In this document: piece after piece, positions 46,543-55,729 of the stretch
Numbering within the stretch: position 1 is the first letter of the stretch
Layout: each line of letters starts with the position of its first letter
NCBI GenBank assembly: GCA_947456965.1
Contig: CANGTU010000010.1
Coordinates: forward strand, 6,711 to 70,710
Direction of reading: 5' to 3'
Length of the DNA: 64,000 nt
Origin: Flavobacteriales bacterium
GTDB lineage: Bacteria; Bacteroidota; Bacteroidia; Flavobacteriales_D; Sanyastnellaceae
Notes under the pieces: model-generated
Seen by the model: only the letters and a program-made list of their open reading frames with translations
What the model was told of the DNA's origin: nothing
The model's database searches: none
Program-made: the position numbers and the translations under genes

Positions 46543-49500
46543 TCAGAAGAAGGCCCTCACTTGAACGGCTCCGCTGTGTATGACGCTGAGCTCGCCGGGC
46601 TTGCGACCATTATACTGGAGGTTCAGCTGCAGATTCCGCGCAATTGTGCGTTGTACGCCGGCGCCCCAGGTCATACTGACCCCAGGAACCAATCCTTCGA
46701 GCATATCAAAGGCCAGCGGACCCGTCCCCGTTCCGGTGTAAGCAATAGATACAAGTTGGAAACTGGCGGTGGCAAGTCCTTTGTCAGCGCGGTTGGCAGT
46801 CCACTCTACCCCGGCTTTTCGGATAAGTGCTGATTCACCTCCAAGGTCATCGGCGTTATTCTTTTCAGCATATTCACCAAACACAGCGAATCTCGCCGTC
46901 ACCGAGGGTTGCCAGTTGATCCGCGGTCTCATCATGCGCTGATTGATCTCGTAGTTGCGTCCGGTAAATACATCGGAGGAGATGATTCGGCGCCCGTCCC
47001 GGTATTCGGCCAGCAGCGTGAGCTCGCGGAAGAAGTTCCACCTCACGGCGAGCTGGACAAAGCCGTCGGTTCGCGACTCAAATCCATTACTCAGCAAGGA
47101 TTTGCTGCCCACATCCTGATAGGTGACGTCGGCTCCGAAGCGAGGATTGGATTTGTTGAAGAACAGGACGTTCCGGAAGGATCGGTTGAGCGCGAGCAGG
47201 GAGGTGTCAGCAATTTCGGCAAGGAAGGGGTTAAGCCGGTCTTCGGGCTTCTCCTGCTGAGTTTTCCGGTCAATCCGATAGGATGCCTGGTTGCTGAATC
47301 GATTCAGCATCCGTTGCCATTTTTGTCCGGGCTTCTTCCACCATTGGGCCGGTGTAATCCAAAGGGTTTGGCTGAATTGGTTGGTAAAGGTTTTCGCGTA
47401 TTCATTGGTCTGGATAAAACTTCGGATGAAGTTGGCTTCGTAAGCAAATTGTGCGATTTCGAATTCATTCAGATCGCGCACCCCATCGCCATTATAGTCT
47501 ATCCACACATAATTGCCCTGGCCAGGCGGCACTTCGAGGTAAATGAATTCGCGGCGCTGCTCAAGCCCTGATCCCACCTCATAAAAGCTGGTGCCTTGAA
47601 GAAGCCCGTTCCACCATCTGAACGTGTATTCGCTGCGCAAGAGGAGGGTGTTCTCGGGCTCCGCCGAGATGATCTCCGGATCCACCACGCGGAGCCGGCG
47701 GTTATAGGCCTGCATACGGATCCTGTTGCCATTCGTGCCGCTGAATCCGGCGCTTATGCCGTAGTGATCTGCCCGCGTAGCGCGCGATAGTCCGGGCGCC
47801 GGACGCTCTTCCCAGCGGTCGCGGTAGAATACAGATATCTGTTTGCGGGTAGTGTCCGCATTGCCGGCTGATATTTCCCAGTCATAGAAGCGGTAGGAAG
47901 CGGATGATAAATTTCTGTCCGGCCCGCTGTAAATGCGGTTGTATTCGTGCTCATCACGAAAGCCAAGGCGGAGCCAACGGAACTGCTGCGACCAGTCACC
48001 TTTGTGCCGGATAAAACTGGACTCGACCTGTCCGATGCTGTTCAGCCATGAGGCATTTACCACTGCTTTTGTTCCGCCCGCTGTCTGGATGCGCGACCAG
48101 GCCTGCGCCTTACGGCCGGTGTAGCCTGAGCCGATCACGAAGGTGTCTCCACCCGCGCCAATTTTGCCGGCACCGGGAATGTCAGCCACGATCTGGGCTG
48201 ACGCAATGTGCTGATCATTCCGCAGGTCGAGTTGACCAATGTTCCAGTTGCGCTCAAATTCGACCTCGCGGAACCGCTCTACCCGGGTGAAGTCGCGTGC
48301 GGTATATTCGTAACCGGCGGATACTTCCCATCCGGTTTTACCACGTGTGAGTGAATCTCGCGAGGCGACGGCTGCGCGCTTCCAGGTGTAACCTCCTTTC
48401 CATCCGAATCCTTGGTCGTCACCGGAGTCAAGGGATGAGAAGGTGTTCTGGTCATTCACCGTGTAGGCAGCTTCCGCCCGGAGAGTGTGGCCTTGTTTGG
48501 CAGCGACATCGGAGTGCCACTCAATCCCTGCTGTGAGCATTTGCCTCTTTTGGGGAGCAAACAAGATCTGGACCGGGGCATAGCTTCCTTGCCGGATCAG
48601 CCCTTCTCCCGAAGCGATGGGGGCAATCCACCGGAACGTGCGGCCATTGGCCGTGAATCCAGCTTCCACATAGTCTCCGTTGCCCTGACCTACAAAGCTG
48701 AAGATGACGCGGTATACAGCGCTGTCAGGACGTGTGGAATAAACCAGCACGGAATCAAATCCCAGCGAATCGCGAAGCGCATATAGTACAGCGGAATTGC
48801 TGAAGCCGACACTATCAATGCCTGTTGTAATGGCGTTCAGGGGATGATCACCCGCAGCAGCAAGGATGGCCTTATCCCTGCCGTCAAGATCTTGCTGCAA
48901 GGGCTGGTTGCGCGCGTCATGCTCAGAGAAGAAGTTGAGGTGTGATTTCGTATGCTGCCCAACGGCGGTTAAAGATGTGGTAAACATGGGCCTTGCAAAG
49001 CGCTTGTCGGAATACTGAAACTCCACTGTAATGCGTCGGTCTTTGGTGATTAACTGGCGCGGAGTAAAAGTGATTTCGGCGGCATTATAATCGATGATGT
49101 AGTCCTTGTCCTGTCCGCGTTCCATGAGCCGCCCATCGATGTAAACGGCTTCCGTTCCGGCCAGCACCACGATGAAGAGCTCGTTATTGTCACCCCTTAG
49201 CCGATAGGGCCCCTGGTTACCTTCAATCCCCTGAATGACCTGGCGTGCAAACCGACCTTTAGATACCGAGGCAGAGGCCTCCACGGTCATGCTCAGGGGT
49301 CGGTTTTCGGACCCGGGGTTGATGGCCGTGCTGCTTACATAAGCGCCCTGCGCTCGCTTGAAGTAGTTCATGAAGTATCCCGGCGGACGCCTCAGGATGA
49401 AGTCTCCGGCAATGAGCTTGTTGCGCTCATCAAAGACTTGAATAAAGACCTGATCGAAGTCCTGAAGCTGCTGGCTGTTTCCTTCAGGCTGGATGGGGAT

Positions 49501-50094
49501 ATTGTCGTCGGATACCGAAGCGAGCAGACTGTAGCGATCGGTAAGGCGGCCGTTGAGCTGCAGGTTGAGGGATGAGTTCACGCTCAGATTCTGAGCGTTG
49601 CCAAAAGCAATTCCCCGCGAGATGCTACCGCTTTTATTCAGGCCCTCATCAGACATCAGTTCGGAAGCCGGTCCCGCAGATCCAACGCGGTACCGCATAA
49701 CGGGCCGGCCTTCTTCGGAGAGGTAGAGGTTCTGTTCCTTGTGTGATATGCTGCTCCGGATCCTGAAAGGCATGACTTGGAAACGAAAAAGAAGGGTGTC
49801 ACATCCGGGCTGCTTATTCCAGATGATCCGGGCATCGGCGTAGTGGACGGAGAAGAGGGAGTCCGGCACTGCCTGATTACCACAAAAGATGCTCAAACGG
49901 CCGGGAAAAACACTCAGCGTATCGAGTTTCATTTCGGGGGAATAAGGCAGCAGCCGCTCCCGGGAAGGGGACAATTGGGCTACCGCACCCTCACAGAGGA
50001 GGAGAAGCAGGACCAGCCATGTGTAGGACCGTATGGGAGAGGCGCCAGAAAGCACGGGATCATGCGAAGTTCCAATAACCGGGAGGCCCGGCAA
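46543..50094 (-). CDS. large (~1170-1183 aa) predicted outer-membrane beta-barrel protein of unknown function
   Basis: Signal peptide ...SYTWLVLLLLLCEGAVAQ. Alternating beta-strand-like sequence rich in Y/G/N/S/R runs throughout. The C-terminus VIHSGAVQVRAFF ends in an aromatic residue, as OMPs do. The start is uncertain: TTG at 50094 or an in-frame GTG at 50055. Confidence 0.8.
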   Translation of the reverse strand: MPGLPVIGTSHDPVLSGASPIRSYTWLVLLLLLCEGAVAQLSPSRERLLPYSPEMKLDTLSVFPGRLSIFCGNQAVPDSLFSVHYADARIIWNKQPGCDTLLFRFQVMPFRIRSSISHKEQNLYLSEEGRPVMRYRVGSAGPASELMSDEGLNKSGSISRGIAFGNAQNLSVNSSLNLQLNGRLTDRYSLLASVSDDNIPIQPEGNSQQLQDFDQVFIQVFDERNKLIAGDFILRRPPGYFMNYFKRAQGAYVSSTAINPGSENRPLSMTVEASASVSKGRFARQVIQGIEGNQGPYRLRGDNNELFIVVLAGTEAVYIDGRLMERGQDKDYIIDYNAAEITFTPRQLITKDRRITVEFQYSDKRFARPMFTTSLTAVGQHTKSHLNFFSEHDARNQPLQQDLDGRDKAILAAAGDHPLNAITTGIDSVGFSNSAVLYALRDSLGFDSVLVYSTRPDSAVYRVIFSFVGQGNGDYVEAGFTANGRTFRWIAPIASGEGLIRQGSYAPVQILFAPQKRQMLTAGIEWHSDVAAKQGHTLRAEAAYTVNDQNTFSSLDSGDDQGFGWKGGYTWKRAAVASRDSLTRGKTGWEVSAGYEYTARDFTRVERFREVEFERNWNIGQLDLRNDQHIASAQIVADIPGAGKIGAGGDTFVIGSGYTGRKAQAWSRIQTAGGTKAVVNASWLNSIGQVESSFIRHKGDWSQQFRWLRLGFRDEHEYNRIYSGPDRNLSSASYRFYDWEISAGNADTTRKQISVFYRDRWEERPAPGLSRATRADHYGISAGFSGTNGNRIRMQAYNRRLRVVDPEIISAEPENTLLLRSEYTFRWWNGLLQGTSFYEVGSGLEQRREFIYLEVPPGQGNYVWIDYNGDGVRDLNEFEIAQFAYEANFIRSFIQTNEYAKTFTNQFSQTLWITPAQWWKKPGQKWQRMLNRFSNQASYRIDRKTQQEKPEDRLNPFLAEIADTSLLALNRSFRNVLFFNKSNPRFGADVTYQDVGSKSLLSNGFESRTDGFVQLAVRWNFFRELTLLAEYRDGRRIISSDVFTGRNYEINQRMMRPRINWQPSVTARFAVFGEYAEKNNADDLGGESALIRKAGVEWTANRADKGLATASFQLVSIAYTGTGTGPLAFDMLEGLVPGVSMTWGAGVQRTIARNLQLNLQYNGRKPGELSVIHSGAVQVRAFF

Positions 50095-50164
50095 AAATTA
50101 TCTGGTACCGCTCATCCCTTTGTGAAGCTGTAGCAAGAGTCACTCTGTTAGCTTTATACCCGCA

Positions 50165-51415
50165 ATGAAGGTAGTTATCCGTTTGCTTGGTGAGAGTTTC
50201 CTGTTTGCCTGGCAGGCTCTGGTTGTGAATAAGCTCCGTACGGTGCTTTCCTTGCTGGGCGTGTGCATCGGTATCTTTTCTATCATTTTCGTGCTGTGCG
50301 TGGTGGACAGCATGGAGGCAGATATGAAGGAGAGTCTCCAAAGCATCGGTTCGGACGTGGTTTTTATTCAGAAATGGCCCATCGGCCCCGAGGAGGGTTC
50401 GGATGAGTACGAGTGGTGGAAGTACATGAGCAGAAGGCAGCCCACGGAGCGCGACATGGAGGAGCTTCGCAATCGCCTGACAGGATTCCGAGCTATGGCT
50501 TTTCAGTCAGGCTCTATGACCACGGTGGAATACCGCAACAGCTTCCTCAGCCAAGTGGATTTGAATGGCGCAACGTATGAGTTTAATCAAACGATTTCCG
50601 TTGATCTCGTCGAGGGGCGCTATTTCCTTCCCATCGAATGTGACGGAGGAAGAAATGTTGCGATACTCGGCGCAGATGTCGCCTCTGCCCTGTTTCCAGG
50701 CGTTTCACCAGTGGGTAAGGAAATCAAGGTCGGAGGGATGAAAGCGTCAGTCATCGGGGTGGCACGCAAAGAGGGCGCATCCATCTTTGGCTCCAGCTTC
50801 GACAATACGGTTCTGATGCCCATCCGCTTTGCTACGCGGATCATCAATCCCGATATGGTGGATTCGCAGATTATGATCAAGGCCGAAGAGGGAGTGTCAG
50901 CTGAGGAAATGAAGGAGCGAATTACTCCAGTGTTTCGTGAGGTCAGAAAACTCAAGCCACGCGCGGCCGACGACTTTTCACTGATTGAATCTTCCATGCT
51001 TACGGGGTTCGTGGATAACATTGTCGGAGTGTTCAACGTCGTGGGGATGATTATCGGCATTTTCGCCATCATTGTCGGGGCGTTCAGCATTGCCAATATC
51101 ATGTTTGTCTCCGTCAAGGAACGCACCAACATCATCGGTATTCAGAAAGCGCTCGGCGCGAGGAGGTCATTTATTCTGCTTCAGTTTCTGTGTGAATCCA
51201 TCGCCTTATGCCTGATTGGTGGGGCCTTTGGACTGCTGGCCGTGCGCGGGGTCATCGGATTGCTTAATCTCGCTATGGATTTTGAGTTCATCCTGCCCTT
51301 GTTCCGGATATTTCTGGGACTGGGTATAGCGGTTGCGGTGGGCGTGGTGAGTGGTATCGCGCCTGCGATGGGAGCTGCCCGGCTCAACCCTGTAGATGCC
51401 ATGCGCGCGAAATAG
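50165..51415 (+). CDS. ABC transporter permease, FtsX/MacB family
   Basis: N-terminal TM helix, a ~230-aa periplasmic MacB-like domain, and a C-terminal FtsX unit (MFVSVKERTNIIGIQKALGARRSFILLQFL.ES..L...G). No ATPase gene is adjacent. Confidence 0.85.
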   Translation: MKVVIRLLGESFLFAWQALVVNKLRTVLSLLGVCIGIFSIIFVLCVVDSMEADMKESLQSIGSDVVFIQKWPIGPEEGSDEYEWWKYMSRRQPTERDMEELRNRLTGFRAMAFQSGSMTTVEYRNSFLSQVDLNGATYEFNQTISVDLVEGRYFLPIECDGGRNVAILGADVASALFPGVSPVGKEIKVGGMKASVIGVARKEGASIFGSSFDNTVLMPIRFATRIINPDMVDSQIMIKAEEGVSAEEMKERITPVFREVRKLKPRAADDFSLIESSMLTGFVDNIVGVFNVVGMIIGIFAIIVGAFSIANIMFVSVKERTNIIGIQKALGARRSFILLQFLCESIALCLIGGAFGLLAVRGVIGLLNLAMDFEFILPLFRIFLGLGIAVAVGVVSGIAPAMGAARLNPVDAMRAK

Positions 51416-51418
51416 GCA

Positions 51419-52135
51419 TCAGAACTGGAATGCGATACCGAGCTGATAGGTGTACTTGTCGGTCTGTGATTCCCGGACCTCATAGTTGAGTGAGTTGTCC
51501 GAGGTGTTTACTTGAATGGTCTGCTCATCCACGTAGCGCGCCTGGCCGCCTTCGAGCTTCTCTAAGCGAGCATCGAGGAATATTCCTGGCGTCAGCCGCA
51601 CCCTGGCGCCCAGAGCCCATCCGAGGTTGAATGTAAAATCACGATGCTGTACCTGAGAGTCGCTTACCTGGGAATAGCCCTGGTTATCAAACTGAATGTC
51701 GGTCTTCGTAAGAAATGACTCAGCACCGAGCATGGCATCACCATAAATCTGCACAGCGCCTACAAGCGGACGGAATCGCGCGAGAAACAGATAGCGGTAG
51801 TTGTTACTGCGGATGCGCAAAGTGCCCGGCGAGACAATCTTATTCCCACTCTCATCATCACCCACATATACTTCCACGTCTTCGTTCTGAGAACCCATGG
51901 AGCTCCAGGCCAAGGCCAGCCCAAGCTCAAAGGGGCTTCTTGCCACAGGAGCAGCGAAGTTGCCGGTAAGTCCGGCCGGAACCCCGTCATACAATTGCTT
52001 GTATTGCCCAAGGGGCTGCACGACCTGAAGCCCGAATGCAAGAGTAGGAGTGCGCCTCCTGAATTGGGCATCAGCGGGCTGAAGCAGCATGCCGAGCAGC
52101 AAGGTGATCAGGATATGTTTTATAGAGGCGCGCAT
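51419..52135 (-). CDS. small outer-membrane beta-barrel (porin-family) protein
   Basis: Signal peptide MRASIKHILITLLLGMLLQPADAQ. Alternating hydrophobic pattern and a C-terminal YQLGIAFQF. The ATG at 52135 is preferred to the track start at 52156. Confidence 0.8.
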   Translation of the reverse strand: MRASIKHILITLLLGMLLQPADAQFRRRTPTLAFGLQVVQPLGQYKQLYDGVPAGLTGNFAAPVARSPFELGLALAWSSMGSQNEDVEVYVGDDESGNKIVSPGTLRIRSNNYRYLFLARFRPLVGAVQIYGDAMLGAESFLTKTDIQFDNQGYSQVSDSQVQHRDFTFNLGWALGARVRLTPGIFLDARLEKLEGGQARYVDEQTIQVNTSDNSLNYEVRESQTDKYTYQLGIAFQF

Positions 52136-52218
52136 GTGTGGGCCGGGGCCAAGCATTGTGCCAGTTCAGGGTGGTCAGGACAAAAACTCCTTACGAAGGG
52201 CCTAATTTCGTGGCGAAT

Positions 52219-53115
52219 ATGTCCAACCACAAAGGAGAAAGGCCACTGGTGCTTGTAACAGGCAGTGCCGGCCAACTCGGTTCATGCTTTCGGGATGAGC
52301 AACTCCGCTTCCCGGGCCTGGAACTGGTGTTTGCGGATCGCATAGGGCTGGACGTCACGTTGAAGAGTCAAGTCAGCTCGTTCATGGAGTCGCTTCGCCC
52401 TGCTGCGGTAGTGAATTGTGCAGCTTACACCAATGTGGAGCGAGCTGAAGCCGAGGAGGAGCGGGCTTATCAGCTGAACTGTCTGGCTCCGCAGTATCTC
52501 GCGGAGGCATGTGATGAAGCGAATGCTCTGCTGGTCCATTTTTCAACTGATTATGTGTTTGACGGATCCAAGGGCAGCCCTTACCTGGAAGATGATCCTA
52601 CTTCTCCGTTGAACGCTTATGGTCGAACGAAGCTGGAGGGAGAGCGACTGGTGGACAATGCGTGCAACAGATATCTGATCATACGTACATCTTGGCTCTA
52701 CAGCCGCCATGGGCATAATTTTTACAGAACGATGGCACGCCTGGCCCGCGAGCAATCGGAGCTACGTGTTGTCTCTGATCAGGTGGCCTCACCCACCAGT
52801 GGCCACCAGCTGGCATCGGACATGTTGTCGTGGCTGCGGCAGGCTTTGGTCGAAACGCGGCACACCGATTACGGAGTTTATCATTACACGCAATCTGGAG
52901 AAGCGAGCTGGAGCGACTTCGCCCGGGCGATTGTATCGGGCCTTGGATTGGATACTCGTGTGGTGGACGTTGCTACCGCGGATTACCCGACCAAAGCCGT
53001 GCGACCGGCCTATTCGAAACTCGATACGCACCGGTTTTTCCAAGCAACCGGTCTTGCCGATATCCCATGGCAGGAGGCCCTAAGACATTGTCAGCAAGGA
53101 GAACGAAACACATGA
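52219..53115 (+). CDS. rfbD: dTDP-4-dehydrorhamnose reductase
   Basis: LVTGSAGQLG Rossmann motif, STDYVFDG, YG.TKL.GE, and SW.Y. The ATG at 52219 is preferred. Confidence 0.9.
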   Translation: MSNHKGERPLVLVTGSAGQLGSCFRDEQLRFPGLELVFADRIGLDVTLKSQVSSFMESLRPAAVVNCAAYTNVERAEAEEERAYQLNCLAPQYLAEACDEANALLVHFSTDYVFDGSKGSPYLEDDPTSPLNAYGRTKLEGERLVDNACNRYLIIRTSWLYSRHGHNFYRTMARLAREQSELRVVSDQVASPTSGHQLASDMLSWLRQALVETRHTDYGVYHYTQSGEASWSDFARAIVSGLGLDTRVVDVATADYPTKAVRPAYSKLDTHRFFQATGLADIPWQEALRHCQQGERNT

Positions 53116-54863
53116 CCACACGAGCTGAATGGGCGGAGATTGCCCGAAAAAAGGCCCAGGAATGGCTGATTCCGGATGTTGATCCGGAGAGTAGAAATGA
53201 GATTGAGCGGATGCTTGCAAATGACCCGGGTGCATTGACAGAGGCCTTTTACAGCGATCTGGAGTTTGGCACCGGGGGATTGCGCGGCGTCATGGGCGTG
53301 GGAACGATGCGCATGAATCGCTATACCGTGGGGATGGCAACTCAAGGGCTGGCCAACTACATCCTCAAGCAAGCCGGCTTACAAGAGTCCGCAGTGGTTA
53401 TCGCACATGACTCCCGACTACAATCTCCCGAATTCGCCCGGACTGCGGCCGAAGTCCTTGCCGCCAATGGAATCCGCGTGTTTCTGTTCGCGGAAATGCG
53501 GCCCACTCCGCTATTGTCATTCGCCGTGCGGAACCTGAAATGCCGCGCCGGAATCGTCATCACGGCTTCCCATAATCCTAAAGAATACAATGGGTATAAA
53601 GTGTATTGGGAAGATGGTGCACAGGTGCTCCCACCCCACGATGAGGGCATTATCCGCGAAGTGAGGGCCGTGAAGGGCATCCGGGATGTCAAATTCGGAG
53701 GCGGCAATAAGTTGATTGAAACACCAGGTCCGGAGGTGGAAGAGGAATATCTGAAGAAGCTCGACGGATTGATTCACGACCGTTCGGCTATCCTCGCGAA
53801 CCGGGAGCTTCCCATCGTCTACACGTCCATCCACGGAACAGGGATCACACTTGTTCCACGCGCTCTCAAAACGGCCGGCTTTACTCAGATTCATGTTGTG
53901 CCGGAGCAATCAGTACCGGATGGACGATTTCCCACCGTAACTTCTCCGAACCCCGAGGAACGGGAGGCGCTGGCGATGGGACTGCAGCTCTGTGAGCAGG
54001 TGAGGGCAGAGCTGCTGTTGGGCAATGACCCGGATGCTGATCGAGTCGGAATCGCCGTGCGCAACGGACAGCAGGAAATGGTTCTGCTTAATGGCAATCA
54101 GGCGGGAAGTCTGCTGGTCTGGTATGAATTGTACCAGTGGCAGAAGTTAGGACGCCTCAATGGCCGGCAGTACATCGCCAGTACGGTGGTGACTTCGGAG
54201 TTGTTTCCGGCGATTGCCGGGTATTTTGGCGTTCCTTGTTACAAGACACTCACCGGATTCAAGTATATAGCCGGCGTGATGAGGGAGCGCGAGGGCCTGG
54301 AAACGTTCATAGCAGGCGGGGAAGAGAGTTATGGCTATCTCGCCGGTGACTTTGTACGCGATAAGGACGCGGTCATATCATCTGTGAAGTTTGCTGAAAT
54401 CGCCGCCTGGTGTACTTCGCAGGGCCGGAGTATGTGGGACTTGCTGATGGAGATTTACACCATATGCGGGCTTTATCATGACGAGCTGGTGAGTATTACG
54501 ATGAAGGGGATCGATGGCCTGGAGAATATCCGGTCCCTTATGGAAAAACTCCGGAGCAGTCCTCCGGATGCATTAGCGGGCTCGCGGATTGTGAGGATAG
54601 CTGATCTGAAGCGCGGCACCGTGAGGGACGCACGCACCGGCGAGGAGAAGCCACTTGGCCTGCCACTGTCCAATGTGCTTCAGTTCGAATTGGAGGATGG
54701 GAGCCGGATATCCGCCCGGCCCAGCGGGACAGAGCCCAAAATCAAGTTTTACTTCTCATTCCGGGATGAATTCCTGGGTCTGCAGCATTACGCCACTCAG
54801 ATTTCGGTCATGCATGACCGGGTCACCAGAGCGCGGAAGGAGTTAGGGGTGGAAGCAGGATAG
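53112..54863 (+). CDS. phospho-sugar mutase (phosphoglucomutase/phosphomannomutase family)
   Basis: Active-site serine loop ITASHNPKEYNGYKVY, the Mg loop GNDPDADR, the sugar loop GGEESYG, and the phosphate loop RPSGTEPKIKFY. Its ATGA overlaps the rfbD stop. Confidence 0.9.
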   Translation: MTTRAEWAEIARKKAQEWLIPDVDPESRNEIERMLANDPGALTEAFYSDLEFGTGGLRGVMGVGTMRMNRYTVGMATQGLANYILKQAGLQESAVVIAHDSRLQSPEFARTAAEVLAANGIRVFLFAEMRPTPLLSFAVRNLKCRAGIVITASHNPKEYNGYKVYWEDGAQVLPPHDEGIIREVRAVKGIRDVKFGGGNKLIETPGPEVEEEYLKKLDGLIHDRSAILANRELPIVYTSIHGTGITLVPRALKTAGFTQIHVVPEQSVPDGRFPTVTSPNPEEREALAMGLQLCEQVRAELLLGNDPDADRVGIAVRNGQQEMVLLNGNQAGSLLVWYELYQWQKLGRLNGRQYIASTVVTSELFPAIAGYFGVPCYKTLTGFKYIAGVMREREGLETFIAGGEESYGYLAGDFVRDKDAVISSVKFAEIAAWCTSQGRSMWDLLMEIYTICGLYHDELVSITMKGIDGLENIRSLMEKLRSSPPDALAGSRIVRIADLKRGTVRDARTGEEKPLGLPLSNVLQFELEDGSRISARPSGTEPKIKFYFSFRDEFLGLQHYATQISVMHDRVTRARKELGVEAG

Positions 54864-54913
54864 CGTGGGCTCAGATTCGGGAAAACAACTGAATTGATTA
54901 GCTTTGTGTAGTT

Positions 54914-55312
54914 ATGCAGAAAGTCCTGCGAATCAGCATTTTCATCCTCTACATCGTACTGTCGGTTGGAGTGCATGTGCATGCTCATGCGTGCTGCTGC
55001 TGTGTGTCGCTCCGGGTTTCTCTTTTTGGCGAAGAAACAAGTTGCTGTGACGGCCGTGAATCAAAGGGCTGCTGCCCTGCAGATTGCGGCACGGAGCAAC
55101 ACCTTGAGATCCGCCTGGAGCAGGATCACCTCGCTGCAGAGCTCATGGTTTTTCGGAAGAATAAAACGGAGATGCGGTGCGGGCTTCCGGCGGTAGCGCT
55201 CTTCAGGTCAGGGCTCTGCGGATCAGCTGCGGCAGAGCCGCGGGCTATCCAGCAGGAATCGCCGAAGAAACGGCGATATGTGCTGTATTGTGCGCGGCTG
55301 ACCTATGGTTAG
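54914..55312 (+). CDS. Cys/His-rich single-TM protein (132 aa), possibly HYC_CC_PP-family-like
   Basis: TM helix ISIFILYIVLSVGV followed by HVHAHACCCC, VSLFGEETSCCDG and KGCCPADCGTEQHLEIRLEQDH (12 Cys in total). The order of motifs resembles my memory of the uncharacterised Bacteroidota HYC_CC_PP family. It is co-oriented with the HMA and TonB-receptor genes. Confidence 0.6.
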   Translation: MQKVLRISIFILYIVLSVGVHVHAHACCCCVSLRVSLFGEETSCCDGRESKGCCPADCGTEQHLEIRLEQDHLAAELMVFRKNKTEMRCGLPAVALFRSGLCGSAAAEPRAIQQESPKKRRYVLYCARLTYG

Positions 55313-55373
55313 CGGACAGACTTCGGCCCATAAGGGCGTCAGTCATCTTGTCCATAATTAAAACCATGGTTTC

Positions 55374-55727
55374 ATGAAGAACATCGTTTTCCTGCTCCTC
55401 ATTTGGGCAGGTGTCTTTTCAGTTACAGCAGCTCAGGCTCAGGATAAGCGGCCTGTCACCATCACCTTCTGGGTGGGCGGTGTATGTGAAATGTGCAAGG
55501 AGCGCATTGAGCACACGGTGGATGTGCCCGGAGTCAAGTCAGCGGATTACAACCTCAGTAGCCATGAGTTGACCATCATGTATTCACCAAAGAAAATCTC
55601 TGAGAAGGAGATTCATGCGCTGCTCAACAAGGCCGGACATGATACATCTGCCTCTATGGCAACGGATGAAGCGTACGGCCTGATTCACGGATGTTGCAAA
55701 TACCGGGAACACGAACATAACCATTGA
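55374..55727 (+). CDS. secreted heavy-metal-associated (HMA) domain protein with Cys/His-rich tail
   Basis: Signal peptide MKNIVFLLLIWAGVFSVTAAQAQ. HMA fold with the metal-binding loop GGVCEMCKERIE. The C-terminal tail is HGCCKYREHEHNH. Confidence 0.85.
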   Translation: MKNIVFLLLIWAGVFSVTAAQAQDKRPVTITFWVGGVCEMCKERIEHTVDVPGVKSADYNLSSHELTIMYSPKKISEKEIHALLNKAGHDTSASMATDEAYGLIHGCCKYREHEHNH

Positions 55728-55729
55728 CC

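Noticed and set aside
55313-55729. Riboswitch (e.g. cobalamin or other) upstream of the TonB-dependent receptor
   Set aside because: The receptor start follows the HMA gene stop by 2 nt, and the 61-nt gap upstream of the HMA gene is too short for known riboswitch aptamers. No conserved riboswitch core motifs were seen.
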